Positions 12,953-26,000 of a stretch of 64,000 nt of DNA are shown piece after piece. The DNA is taken from the NCBI GenBank assembly GCA_028534125.1, contig CM052825.1, positions 248,001-312,000 of the forward strand, given 5' to 3'. The notes below the pieces were generated by a model. That model saw nothing but the letters and a program-made list of their open reading frames with translations, had not been told where the DNA came from and did no database searches. The stretch comes from Lama glama (Eukaryota). Position 1 is the first letter of the stretch, and every line of letters starts with the position of its first letter. The position numbers were made by a program, and so were the translations under genes.

Positions 12953-13299
12953 CTGCAGGCAGAGGGGAGAGACGGGTGCTGAGAGGCGGGGCCACGAGTG
13001 CTCGCAAAGCCACGTGGAGCATTTAAGCCAATCAGATGTGTGTGTGCCCACAAGCACACACACTCACACACATGCACACACACATACCACATGGCAAGTC
13101 TTAGGATTTAAAGCTTTTGTTAAAATTTTCAAATCAAATATCCCTCATTACGCTTTCTGTAACATCCTGACCAGAACTGGGACTAGGCTCTTGGGATCGC
13201 ACAGAACATGGCTTCAGAGCAACCCCCATTCTCCCATTGTACAGATGGGGAAAACTGAGGCCCAGAAAGGTTCTTATGCCTTTCTCCTCACCTCCCTCT

Positions 13300-13440
13300 T
13301 TCTTCCAGTCTACAGAGCTTGATGTGGTTTCTGGAGCTCTGGCAACCACTTTGGGCCATGAGGCAACCCTGAGAGGATGGATGCCATGAGCCAGACACAG
13401 GGGTTCCTGTGACCAGGCAGAGCTACACTGAGCTCAGCTA
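13300..13440. mobile_element. LTR33/LTR16-like (ERVL) fragment, copy 1, PDGFA intron 6
   Basis: gatgtggtttctggagctctggcaaccactttgggccatgaggcaaccctgagaggatgg resembles the recalled LTR33/16 core. Confidence 0.55.
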
Positions 13441-14029
13441 AGAGCATCTCTCCCCTACCCTTTATCACCTGTCTGTGGCTCATCCCGGTACTTGAACCAC
13501 CACATGCCCAGAGCCCGAGTGCCAGCAGAGGTCTCCAACATCAGCTGGCCCATGGAGGCCAAGCCCAATGGCCGCAGACTTGGATGCACAGGCAGGCACA
13601 ATACCAGCCGCAGCACCCCACCCTCGGGACCCAAAGCCAAGGCTGAGCAGTCGTCTGGAGGCTGCTTCAGGATCCATCCATGAATGCAACTGCCCTGTGG
13701 GCCTCGGAGGCTCCCAGCCTGGCTGTCACACACTGCCCAGCTGGAGCCCGGCTCCAGACACCTGTCTGTGAGAATTCCTCTCACAGCCAGTGGTTTTGGA
13801 TGCCAGGGTTCCCACATGCTTGGAAGCAAGGACCAGACTCTCCGGAGCCAGACAGGCCAACACAAAGGACCAGGAAGGCTTAAAACCACCTCCTCCATGA
13901 TGCTGGTTGCCCACATCCACTTTCCTCTGGGAAGGCCCTCTGAAAGACCACCTTTCCCAGGCCTCCCTGCAGTGGAGGAGTGGCCAATGAGATCAAAGCA
14001 AAAGTCACTGGGTCCTTCCACCCTTCTCC

Positions 14030-14220
14030 CCACCCTACACTTTCCTCCAGCCTGGAGGGGAATGTGATTTCTGGAGCTCTGGCAACCACTTTGGGCCATG
14101 AGGCAACTCTGAGGATGGATACCACCAGTCCTGGAAAGAAGAGAGTCCCTGATGATACTTTGAGACTCAGAGCCATGCATGCTCTGGTCTCCCTGTCTCA
14201 ACCTTCTCTCAACTCCTGTT
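14030..14220. mobile_element. LTR33/LTR16-like fragment, copy 2, PDGFA intron 6
   Basis: tttcctccagcctggaggggaatgtgatttctggagctctggcaaccactttgggccatgaggcaactctgaggatgga...gtccctgatga. Confidence 0.6.
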
Positions 14221-14734
14221 TCCAGTGTGTTCCTAGAATCCAAACATAATTTCCAATACAGCAGCCAATAGCCCTATACATTTATAAAGCATTTTCAGCC
14301 TGAAGTATCTCCTCAGTCTCCAACAATCCTTATCTGTAACCCCTGAAGCCTCAGTTTTTTCATCTGTCAAATGGGGTGGGCAAACTGCTCACGGTGATCC
14401 CAGCTCACAAACAGAGCTGCCCCACTGCTGCTCAGGGAACCCAAATCACTCCACTCACGTGATGCCTTTGACTCCCCAATCAACAAGGACCAAAGCCAGA
14501 GCAGGGGCCCCAGAGGGGGAGGAGCCGTGAGTCAGGCGTCCTGCGCAGCGGGTGGGGGAACCGGGGATGGGAGCGCGGAGACCCACAGCCCAGCTAGACA
14601 CCGGAAGCTCGCAGTCGATCAGGGCCAATCAGGGCGCATCCTCGCCTCCAGGGTGATTCACCGAGTGATCAGTCATCACGCCCCCACCCGGGACTGCGGC
14701 ACATCCGTGGACGGCTCCTACCTGGTTGGCCGCA

Positions 14735-14790
14735 TTAGGTGGGTTTTAACCTTTTTCTTTTCCGTTTTTTACCTGACTCCCTACGCCTTC
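14735..14790 (-). CDS. PDGFA: PDGFA alternative exon 6 coding part (whole exon 14722-14790, 69 nt); basic retention motif GRRRESGKKRKRKRLKPT-stop
   Basis: acceptor caacag|GA; translation matches the long PDGF-A tail; TAA at 14737-14735; donor CCAG|gtagga. Confidence 0.96.
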
Positions 14791-15321
14791 CTGTTGACAG
14801 AAGGGCAGGGAGGGTGAGCAGGCCCAAGGGAGGGCTGTCAGGTGGGAACTGAAGCAGTAAATACCTGGGGTGTTTGTCTTTCTATAAAACAGCTCGACGT
14901 CGCTGGCTCGGAGATACTTCCTGGTCCCCTCGAGCTGGCCCCATACAGCGGTCACCACGCCACATCGCTCTGGGCGAAGTCCACCCGAGGGGGAGGCCAG
15001 GACCCTGACTAGTAGTAACACTGCGGCCAGCAGCCCGCACCCACCAGGGCGGGGCCCTTCCTCAGCCACATCTCTACTACGTAACCCACTAGCCGCCCAA
15101 CTGGGGAGACAGACTTAACCTGCACAGCCGGCCCAACCACACCCCCTCACACTGCAGTGATGCCCACGGGAGCAGAATCCACTTGGCAGGTTAGCAAACG
15201 GCTGACAGGCCTCTCGCTGCAGTCCCCCACCCCACGGCCCACCAAGCCCACGGGACGTGGCTGCAGAAGCAGGCTCTGGGCCCTTTCCATGAGCAGTGAC
15301 AGTGACAACAGCCCCGCGTAC

Positions 15322-15448
15322 CTGCCTCCTCTTCTCGGTGGCCCGGGGTCGGGCTGGCGGTCGTGCACGTGCACTCCAAGTGCTCCTCCAGCCGCACCTG
15401 GACCTCTTTTAACTTTGGCTTTTTCCTGACGTATTCCACCTTGGCCAC
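15322..15448 (-). CDS. PDGFA: PDGFA exon 5 (127 nt) VAKVEYVRKKPKLKEVQVRLEEHLECTCTTASPTPGHREEEA
   Basis: gggcag|GTG acceptor, GCAG|gtacgc donor; terminal CxC of the cystine knot. Confidence 0.97.
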
Positions 15449-18400
15449 CTGCCCGAGACAACAGCCCTGCTGTGAATACTGCAGCCTCGCCTTGCACATG
15501 TCACGAGTCGCTGGGAGCAGGGGACGTGCTGGGTCCCACCCGGGCCGGGAGGGAGGTGTAGGCTCAACTTTTGACCTCTGACCTCCTCCCAGTGGGAAAG
15601 GCGAGGGCACTGGGAAATAACCACCACCTTCAGTCCAGCATTTGTGGTCTGGTCCCATTTTACCTTAAATGCAAAGGGCCTGAGTGTGCCGGGAGACAGC
15701 CTGCAGGATGCACTCAAGGTGGAAGCTCTGAGGAGGGGTGGGCAAGGGAAGGGGTTTGCGTCCATGTCTTACGGGCATCTGGGGCAACGGGAGAAATTCT
15801 CAAACGTGCACTTGACTACAGCAGCCGAGGGACAGGGCTGCTGTGTGTGTAACTGGTGGTAAGGGCACCACACTCCCTCCTGCCCACCAGCCCAAGGCCC
15901 GAGGGCCCACAGGGAGCCTCGATGCAGACTCCAGATGAGGACCCCACAGCCACCTGACTTGGGGCTGGGCCCAGCCCTGCAGCCTCGCCCAGGTCCAAGG
16001 TCCCGGGAACAACCCTCTGGGGGACCACCCACTCCACCGTTCGCCTGGGGAGACTGAGGCAGGAAGGGGCAGAGCCCACCGGGTTACACCTCGAGCATGT
16101 GGAGGCTCCGGGAAGCCCGGCTCATGGTCCAGAGCAGGCGGGGTGAGTGGGGCCCCAGCCCGGAGACAGTCAGGAGGGGCAGCGGGGAGGGGACCACCTT
16201 CCAGACTCCTCTACAGAGAGCCCAGAAGCCAGAAGCCGGAGCACCAGGGCAGTGCGGTCAGCCCTGTACCCTGGGGACTGGGCCGCCCGCCCCACAGGCC
16301 AGCTGGCCCGAAGGCTTGTCCAGACTTTTGTGGCCACGCAGCCGCAGAACTGTTACCCCAAGGTGCAGAGGTGCTGGTGCCTGGTGGCCGTGGAAAGTAT
16401 ACACGGCTCACGGAGGCGACGGGGGCCAGGCCAGAATGGGGGCCAGGCCTGGGAGGCTGCCTAAGCGGCCCTGGGAGGAGAGCTGCAGGACGGAGTCCGT
16501 TCCGCTCGGGGAGGCCTGGGAGTCTGCTGCCCCCCACCTGCCCTCCCCACAGGAGAGCCTGGGAGAGGTGTCTGCGGGGAGCGGGCAGAGGCCTCCGCCC
16601 TCCTATATGTAAAATGGGGACATGGGCCACACCCACCCAGGGGTCACAGTGAGGAACAAACAAGGTCTCATGTGCAGAAGCCCTGGAACGTGGGACCGGG
16701 TCACCTTCCAGACAGCCCTGCTGCAGGCACCTTCACACAGAGCCCGTCCGTGCCGAAACCAGCCCCAGACCCCCTCGGTCCTGGGCAGAATGCGGGTCCC
16801 AGAGCGACCCTCCCCTTCAGGGCACTGGGTGGGGTGCCCCTCAGCAGGTCTCCCAAGAGGGCAGAGGACCCTGGCTTCACCCCAGTCACCCCACCAGCAT
16901 TAGGAGCCCCTAGTCTGCCCAGGCAGTAACTGGGAGACCCATCCCCTCTTGCCTCTGCAGGGCCTCACCAGCCTTATCCCCTCCCCTGTGGCTCAGGTAG
17001 TGGGGACAGAGACCTGGTTCCCCACGCTGGGTGCCCAAGTGTCCCCACACCCTGCCTCCTGGACCCTCCATGGGGGAACACAGGGAGGCAGGGCAGGCGG
17101 GCAGTACGAGGGGCTGGGCTCCCGCAGGGCAGCAGTCCTGTTCTCGGACCAGCCCTCTGGACGGCTCAGCCCCTTTGGTCAGTGAGCACCTCCCCAGCTT
17201 CCTCTCCAGATACCAGGACCTAGGCTCCAGGGCGGGGGGCAGGCTCATTCTCCACCAGACAGCCCGGCAGACAGGCCACGGGACAAGTGGACGCACCAGC
17301 AGCGTGGCCCCCGCTGTACCCTCGTGAAGGGCACACAACACTGGCCACTCCGGTCTGGAACCCACTTCCTCTTCAGAGAAAAATCTTGTTTTTCTTATCA
17401 AAGGAAAACAAACAGGGATTTATGATTGCACCTGCTTCTGGGTATGCACGGATTCCAGGCGGATCCGCCACCTCTGTCTGGCCAGGAAACGGCTACATTT
17501 TTCCCCCAAGCACATGCCATGAATATTAACTTCTCAGAAGCATCCTCCACACCAGCCAAGGCCACAGATCAAGACGTGTACGTCCTTGGGATCCGTCGCC
17601 TCGTCCCCAGACCCATACTCAGGGCCCCAAGTCTCCCCACCCTTCCCCGTCATTTATCTCGGGAGTCTGGGCTGCACCTGAAAAACCAGACGTTCAGATT
17701 CCCCGCTTCAGAGTCTGCTGCGTCATGAACAGCCCATCTGCGCACTCCTGGGGCAGCGCCACCCCAGAATGCAACCTCACCCTCCCAGATGGGGGACTTG
17801 AGTGCCGGCCGCGCACCAGCCTCCCCAGCTGGGCTGCTATGCTGCGGGAGCCCCATGAGGGCCAGGGGGAGCCCCAGGCTGCAGGCGACCCCTCCAGGGT
17901 ATCCAGAGCTCCACCCGGGGTCAACGCTGGCGTCCACTGAACACCACGTGCCTGGCACACGCACTCCCAGCCGCCTGCAAGGGCACAAGTGCCGACCGTG
18001 TCCAGGCGGGGCACAGACAAGGCTTCTTTCGCTGGAAGGAGGCCTGGGCCGGGAGCCCGCGGCCACTTTAAGCTCGCCCCTTAACCAGGGGATGTCCTGA
18101 GCCAGAGATCCGTCCTGCAGGGTGAGTCTCGGCAGATAGACCTCGGCCTGGTTCACAGGCAGGTGGTGGGGAGCCCTTTTCCTCAGTCTGGCCAAGAGGC
18201 CACAGCAGCACAGAGAACAGAGACCCCAGCTCCCGGGCCTGAAGCTGACGGGCAATGCTCCTGAGGCAGGGTTCTGCTCCCTAGACGCTGGTCTCCCCGA
18301 CCCCCTCGGGCAAGCATCAGGCATCCCTGCCCACGGGGGAAGGGACTCGGGGGCCCTGGACCTGAGACTCACGCTGCCGGAATTGCTGCTTTCCCCCCAA

Positions 18401-20938
18401 ACCCCCAAACTGGACCCCTAAACAGCAATGGCTGATGGCCGGGACCGCTCACCCCACCATTCCCCGTCCATTACGGGGGCAGAAGCCCATCTGGGGTATC
18501 CTGGGTGGACACCCACCTTCCAGAAGCCTGAGGTCTAGCAAAGCAGAGCTGAAGCCAACCACCCTGGACACAGGCACAGAGCTAGGTCTCGGCGTCTGGA
18601 GACCTGGCCCGCACGCTGCCCTGAAACCAAGAGCAGCCCAAACTTGGCGACGTGTGAGAGGCCGGAGGCCTGCCCAGCAGTGGGGGGCTGCGGAGGGGGC
18701 CGTGGACCCCAGCACGTCCTGACACCAGGACCAGGGGCCGCCTCCGGCCAACGGCATGCTGGACAGCTTACATCCTGGGCCTCGGCAGGGTGAATGAGAA
18801 ACCCAGGAGAGACCAGGGACGCCGTCTTCACGCCGGCCCCCAGCACCCATCACACATGCACCCAGTCTGGGGTTCCTAGGGGTCCCCTCCCTGCTCGCCC
18901 TCAGCCCCAGATGGGAGCAGGAGCTGCTTGCTGGCCAGGCTGGGGCCGGGCTGGCCTCCACAATGGGCCTCCTGTTCCCACTGACCTTGTCTCCTCTCCC
19001 CCAGAACCCCCAGTGTCTGGGGCCGGATGTTTTCCCGCCAACTTTCTGATGGGCGTGCCGGGAGGAGGTGCCTTCCCCGAAGAGGGAGACAGGGGCGGGG
19101 CCCCGGCTTCCACAGCAGGACTGACCCCTTGGGCAGGTGAAGCCCTGGTGAGGGAAGCCCCCAGCCCTGCTCCCTTACCTGCCCCGAGCCAGTGGGGCCT
19201 GTGTCCAGGCAGACCACCAGCATGCTGTTAGGACCCCTGCGGAGCTCTGGACGCCCGCCCACCTCCTCAGGGGGGACCAGAGGCGAGGCGGATCACCGCC
19301 CACCCCAGGACTGGACACTCCCTGTCCTCCCACCCCGGGGAAGCAAGAATGAGAACAGCGAGGGTCCCCAGAGGCTGGGGCCCACCAGGCAGAGTCCCAG
19401 TCCATGCCAGCTCCCCTGTACCTCCGTCCCGTCTTGAGGCCCCAAGGACAGCCCCCAAAGCCCCAATGCAGGACAGTCTACGCTAGGGTGCCCCTCCACA
19501 TTCAAGACAGACAGACCGCAGCCTCCCAGATTCTCGGGGCTCCAGGGGAGTCAGGCCTGTTTCCACCTTGAACCGAGGAAGAGCTGGGCTCCCCCAGCAG
19601 CAGGGGCAGCCCGGGCGCAGGGCTGGCTCGGCGCCGGCGCTGGGAGCCCCGCCCCAGATCAGCACTCCAGGGGCAGCTCAGCCCCAAGGGGAGTGTCCAC
19701 CTCAAAACCCAGAGCAGCAGGCCGCGGAATTTGCTTGCTCAATGCCCAAGCATGCAGAGGACTGAGTCCCCGAGGTCAAACCAGCTCCAGTCACGGGTCT
19801 AAAGTGCTTCCCACATGGCGACCACCAGGGTCCTTAACCCCCACCTCGCTTGGGGGCCTGCAGCCAACACCAACAGGTCCGGACCCCAGACTTGCAGGGG
19901 ATATGAAATAAATTCTAGTGAAGGAACAAGTTTCAATGCACCCCCAGAACCGAAGTCCTCACTCCAGGAGAAACAAACCCACCTGCCACGGGAAGCTCAG
20001 CTGGGCCAGGGGCAGGGCCGCTCCCTGTGGAAGGTGTCAGTCAAATCTACACGCCCAGGGTCACCCGGGACCATGGCCACCCAGAGCCAGTTTCCTAGGA
20101 GGGCAGCCCCTCCCCTAGACCAGGAGCCCCCAGGACTCTCCAGGCTCGGCCACCTTCGGAGAAGCCAGGAGACACCCTAAAACCTCCCCTCCAACCCTGC
20201 CCTTCGGAGATGCAGGGAGACTCGCCTCCAAGCAGCAAGGCCACTGTCACCTTGGGAGTTTCTCAGCCCCAGACACAGAGTCCCACTGCTTCAGACCCAT
20301 CCCAGATGAGGCGAGTGGGGCCTGAGGGGCACAAACCCAGGCCGAGAAAAGCTTCCAGCCACGGGGCCAAAAGCCAGACCCCCACACTGCTGCCCAGTGA
20401 CCTGAGGACTCAGCAGAGGAGCCCCAGACGTGTCATCTGAGGTGACCCCCCACACATGCCCGCAGTGCTGCCCTCAGAGGTTGTCACGACCGGTCCCTCC
20501 TTGGAGAGGGCTTCCTGGCAAACTCCGGCTGTATGCTGGCTCCCAGGGGCCACAGGTGGGCGGCAAAGACCTCCAAACCAAGCCACGGGGCCTGCGGGTC
20601 TCCAAGCAGAGCACACCTTTCTGGGATGGTGGGCCTAGTCCCCAGGACCTCAGCACCTTAGAAGGACCCTTCTGGCCAGAGCTCCTTCAACACGCACGTC
20701 CAGTGGAATGGGGCACCCTCCCAGATTTACAGATAGGGTGGAGGGCCGGCGAGGCAGGCAGCGAGCTTGGCCCCTCGGCCTGAGTTCTGAGCTGTAGGGG
20801 AAGCCAGCCACCGGCCCAGCCCCACCAGTGCTCCCCTCCTGTCTCCAGTGGGGGACCCCAGCCACACACCACAACCCCCACTCAAGTGCCCTCGGGAGCT
20901 CTCCAGGGCTTGGAGGAGACGCCAGGCAGCTCCAACTA

Positions 20939-21544
<606 letters not shown>

Positions 21545-22902
21545 CTAGCCCAAAGACGAGCAGGGGCTTGAGGGCCCGGAGGGGACACCCCAGGGAAGGG
21601 TGGGCGCAGAGGGCTGGAAAGCCACCCACACACCGGGGGCTCACACAAGCCCTGCAGCCTCCCCCATTGGCCTTTGCCCAGGTGCCTGGGGTTTGGGGGG
21701 ATCATGGGGTGGCGGAGCATCAGCCTCTCAGCCGTCCCTGCTTTCTGAGGGCTCCCTCCTGCCGGGAGACTCGGCGGGTAGGCGCAGCCTGGACGATCTC
21801 CAGGGACGAGCCAGCAGATCAAGACCACCCCTTTGGGGTCTGGCCGCCCCAGTGGGAGAAGGGGTGCCACTCCCAGGGCCCAGCCCAGCATCCAGCAGGC
21901 AGGAAGGACCCAGGGTGCCCGGCCAGGTGGGGCCGAGGGTGGAGACAGGGAAAGAGGCTTCTGGTCCAGCCCTTGTTTACTCGTGGACATTGGCCACCTC
22001 CCCGCCCCCCCCCCCAACTGCCCGTCTGGAGCAGGACCCTTGTCTGGAGCAGGATGAGCCTCAGTAGAGGGTCCTGAAGCCTTGCTGGAGTGCCCGGTCT
22101 TTGAGATGCAAAATAGAGGTTCATGAAAAACGTCACCTGGGGAGGCCTGTGGGCCTTAACAAGGATCGTTTACACACACGCGCGAGCGCGCGCGCGCATG
22201 CCCAAAAGTAGAGGCTACAAACACCGTCTTCTTAGAGGAATAAAGCTCATGCGGAGGGAGTCACTTACCCAAGGTCACCTGGGGAATCAGCAGGGGGACC
22301 CCCAGGTGGCATGGGACTGGGGGGGTCACACCCCCTAACTGCATCCCTGGGCCAAGATCTCCCCTCAGAGCTGAGCCTGAGGCCCCAGGAGACCCCACCA
22401 GCCTATGGCTCCTGAAGGAGCCAGGCAGACCCGGGGACGCTCTGCAGGAGGGGACAAGAGCCAAAATGTCCTCCAGACCTGAGCCGGCGGCCCCGTGGGC
22501 CTGGCCCGAGTGGAGTGGGGGCCCCGGGGAGGGCCCACGAGGCACCCCACGGCTGCACCCACTGCTCTGTAGCGTGGCCAGGAACACATCGTGCTCCACG
22601 TTTCAAACTGGAAATTAAACACCACCCGTCTTCCAGGGAAGCTGCCTCCAGAGCAGGCCCCAACAAGACTGGGCACTGAAGGAATTTATGATGGTTCTCC
22701 TCTCCTGGAAACTCAAGGCCCAGGCCAGGCCTGCAGCAAGGAGCAGCTAGGGCAGGGAGAGCGGGAGGCGGGGGGCCCCCCAGCAGGCTCTGCCTTTGTT
22801 TTCGGGAGGAGAGAAGGGCCTGCTACCCTGAGGCCACGGTTGGAGGAGAGGGGCGGGTCCCCCCAGCCCCTCCCGCCACCCCGCCCACAGCACCAGGCTC
22901 AC

Positions 22903-23007
22903 CGATGCTCCTTTTCCTCCGAATGGGCACAGGCCGCTTCTCCGGTGCATGCTTGGCGCCACGGCCCCCGTGGGCTCTCAGGCTGGTCTCCAGGGGATCC
23001 TCAGCCC
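22903..23007 (-). CDS. PDGFA: PDGFA exon 3 (105 nt) [35 protein letters not shown], with furin site RRKR
   Basis: ctgtag|GG acceptor, ATCG|gtgagc donor; propeptide end. Confidence 0.96.
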
Positions 23008-26000
23008 CTACAGATGGGAAGAGGGGGTGGTGACCAGCCGCCCACACCTTGCGACAGCCCCGGGGCCTGTACAGCAGCACCTCCCACAGGCCAGCCTGCT
23101 CTCCCTCCCCAGTACAGATGGGGTCCCTCCACTCTGGTAAGGGGGGGTTCCAGACGTGCAAAGGATGAAAGACGCCCAACTGCCAAAAACGTCCACCTGC
23201 CCCTGCGAAGCCTACACGAGGTCCAGACATGGAGCCCTGGCTGCGGAGCCCCTGACCCCTGGGGAAGGCTGCAGCCACTCTCCCCCGAGGCTCCTCCTCA
23301 GGGAAGCCCAGGTGAGGCCTGGACCACATCAGGAAGCACTTGAGGCCAGCCGTCCCCATCCGCGAGACCAGGGCCAGCGGGCCTGCGGCTCCCAGCTGAA
23401 CGGGGCCCCGAGGACAGCAGGCTGGACCAAGGACCAGCAAGGCCTGCTGCTGTGACTGCCAGTGCAGGGTCTCCCTCCCCCGCCCTCCCTCACTGCACCA
23501 ACCCTGGCCCGGGCCCGAGCATCCTGGCCCCGTTTGTCCCTGAACCCCGCCCCCTGCGAGGGAGAGGCTTCGAGGACCGAGAGCAGAAGAGAAGCCTCCT
23601 GTGTAGCGTGAAGCATGAGACGGGAGTCCTGGTGCCTGGTGCAGGAGGCAGCTTCAGGAGGGGAAGAGCTTTGCCACCCAAATATCAGAGGGCCGCAGAA
23701 CCGGGCAGACTGGCTCCAGCCCCTCACACACACATCCCCACTCCCTCTGCCCCCAGGGCCCCCCAGAAGGGCTGGAAGGGACACACAGTCCTGCCACCTG
23801 CCATCTGGCCTGACCCAGCTCATGACAGTGCCTACAGCTGGACTAACTGGCCTGGCCTCCCCACCCTGGCCCCCAGCTGGGGGGGGTCTCTTCCCACTTC
23901 TCCCCTCCATCGCTATCTCCCCAGTAGGCAACTAGGGGCAGTGGGCCCGAGAAGGTGCCCCAACAGCCAGGAGCTTCAGCAGCTGCACAAAGATCCCTTG
24001 TCTTGCCACCTCCCTCCCCAAGAAACTCCAGTGGTGTCCCAGCCACCAGCTCAGACTGAGGCCCCCTCCTCTGTGCCCAGCCCACCAAGGCCTTGGTGAC
24101 TGTCCACATCCGCAGGTCTGGGAACTGCACTCATTGCACACGAAACCTCAACACTGCAAAGGCAGTGGGGATGAAGGGGATGGCCCTTCTGGATGCTGAG
24201 GTCCAGGGGGGCCCAGCTCTTCCCTTAAAATGACTCAGTGTTCCACTACCACCAATTTTTTTTGAGACCCAAAATAAGATCAGAACAGAACTACTCATGC
24301 AATAAGAATTTCCCATCAACCAACTGTTACAAGAAGCACGTTTTCACGAAAAAGTGACATAATGAGTCACGTCCTAGTGGTGGCCATCTTGCCACCGCCA
24401 AACCCAGGAGGAGCTGGTCCATCCTCAGTGTCTACAGGAAAACGGAACTGCAGCATCACGGACGACAACCCCATGCCTCCCTCCAGCCAGGCGGCAGCCG
24501 CTCTCCCCCAGGACCTCATCACGATGTGCACGCAGTCGGCACTGCCTCTTCATCTGGAAGAAACAGAGGCCCGAGACGTGGAAAGACCAGCAAGACCGGC
24601 GGAAGGACCCCGGGGGGCTGTGTCCAGAACCAGACCGCCCTCCTGCCCAGGGACGAGGCCCGGGAAAGCAGAGAAGACACAGCCTCCCAGTTCATCACCT
24701 GTCCTGAAATCTGAACCAGGACTCGCTGTCAGTGAGAGACAGAGTAGAAGCAGCTCAGACAGGCTCATCCACTGCCCAGTGGAGACAGGTGGTCAGGAAA
24801 CTCAGCGCAGACCCGGCGGACAGGGAGGCAGCCATCTGATCCACAGGTGGAGAAGCCAGCAGTGGGGACTTCCAAGAGAAGGCCCCACAAGGACCAGGCC
24901 CCCAAACTGCTCTCAGGACAGTTAATTGACTGGTTTCCCTTTTGTCTTTCAGGCACAGAAAGATGGGGAGCCCTCCTCTAGCCATCGGTCCTAGAGGCGC
25001 CGTCAGTGGCCGGGTTAGGGATATTTATGTTCTGGTTATTCAGTGACCACAGGCGCCTGTCCAGGCCACTCTGAGAACAGACCTCCTCAGCTCCCACCGC
25101 CGCTCTGCTGAACGGCTGACTCTCGGCACACCTGACCAACAGGCCCCCAGCTCCACATACTGCTGGTCTCCCCACCCAAAGCCACATGTGAAAAACCCAC
25201 GGCCCATCCTGGCACACGATTGGAGCCCACAGACACTGGCTCAGGAATCCACCGCCTCAGGGCCGCCAGCCTCGGGGCGGGAGTTCCAGGCTCCGCTCCT
25301 CACCTGTAAAATGGGAACAAGGCCTTTCCACTGGGAGGAGTCCGGAACCCCACCTGCCAACCACATGCCCCGCCCACTCGAGGGAGGAGCCAGTCTGCTA
25401 AAGGAGCCCCTCTCCTGCCTCCTGGGCACACAGCATTGAGGGGTGAGGACATCCAGGCCTGGGGGGTCTCTCCGCACCGGCCCCTTCCTCACTGATCCCA
25501 GACTGGCCTCTGACTGGTCTAGTGGGGCATTCAAGGCACAGAGGGCAGTTCATCCTCCAAGGAACGACCCCACGGCTGTTCACAACCTCTCTGAGCAGCC
25601 AGACCTGTTTCAGCTCTTCACTCTGGGCAGAAGCCGAAGTTAGGGGAAAGACCCCCCCAAAACAAGCCATAGAAGCAACCAGCTCAGACCAGAGACGGCG
25701 GAGCCCTGTTCTCAGCATCCACGCCTGTGAGAGGAGAGCTGACCGAGATGCAGGAGACCCACTTCAGGGTCCCCCAGGGCCAAGTCTAGTGAGCCAGGGA
25801 GATCCTGGGGTCCCTGCGACGCTCTCACCCCAAAGGTTTCCAGGCACTAGGAGTCCCACCCTCAGACTCCGAAACATCTGACAGGTGTGGGGGGAGGGCC
25901 GGCAATCGACTCTGTCCACTCCCTGGGGCAGGAGGGAGACAGCTCCCGGGGGCTCTTTATAAGGGGGCAATTTGAAACCAGCCAGAGAACCAGCTAGTGC

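Noticed and set aside
13455-14243. 262-aa ORF on the PDGFA sense strand within intron 6
   Set aside because: Overlaps LTR fragments; no homology recognised and no splice support.
22024-22054. 13-bp direct repeat GTCTGGAGCAGGA
   Set aside because: Ordinary local slippage duplication.
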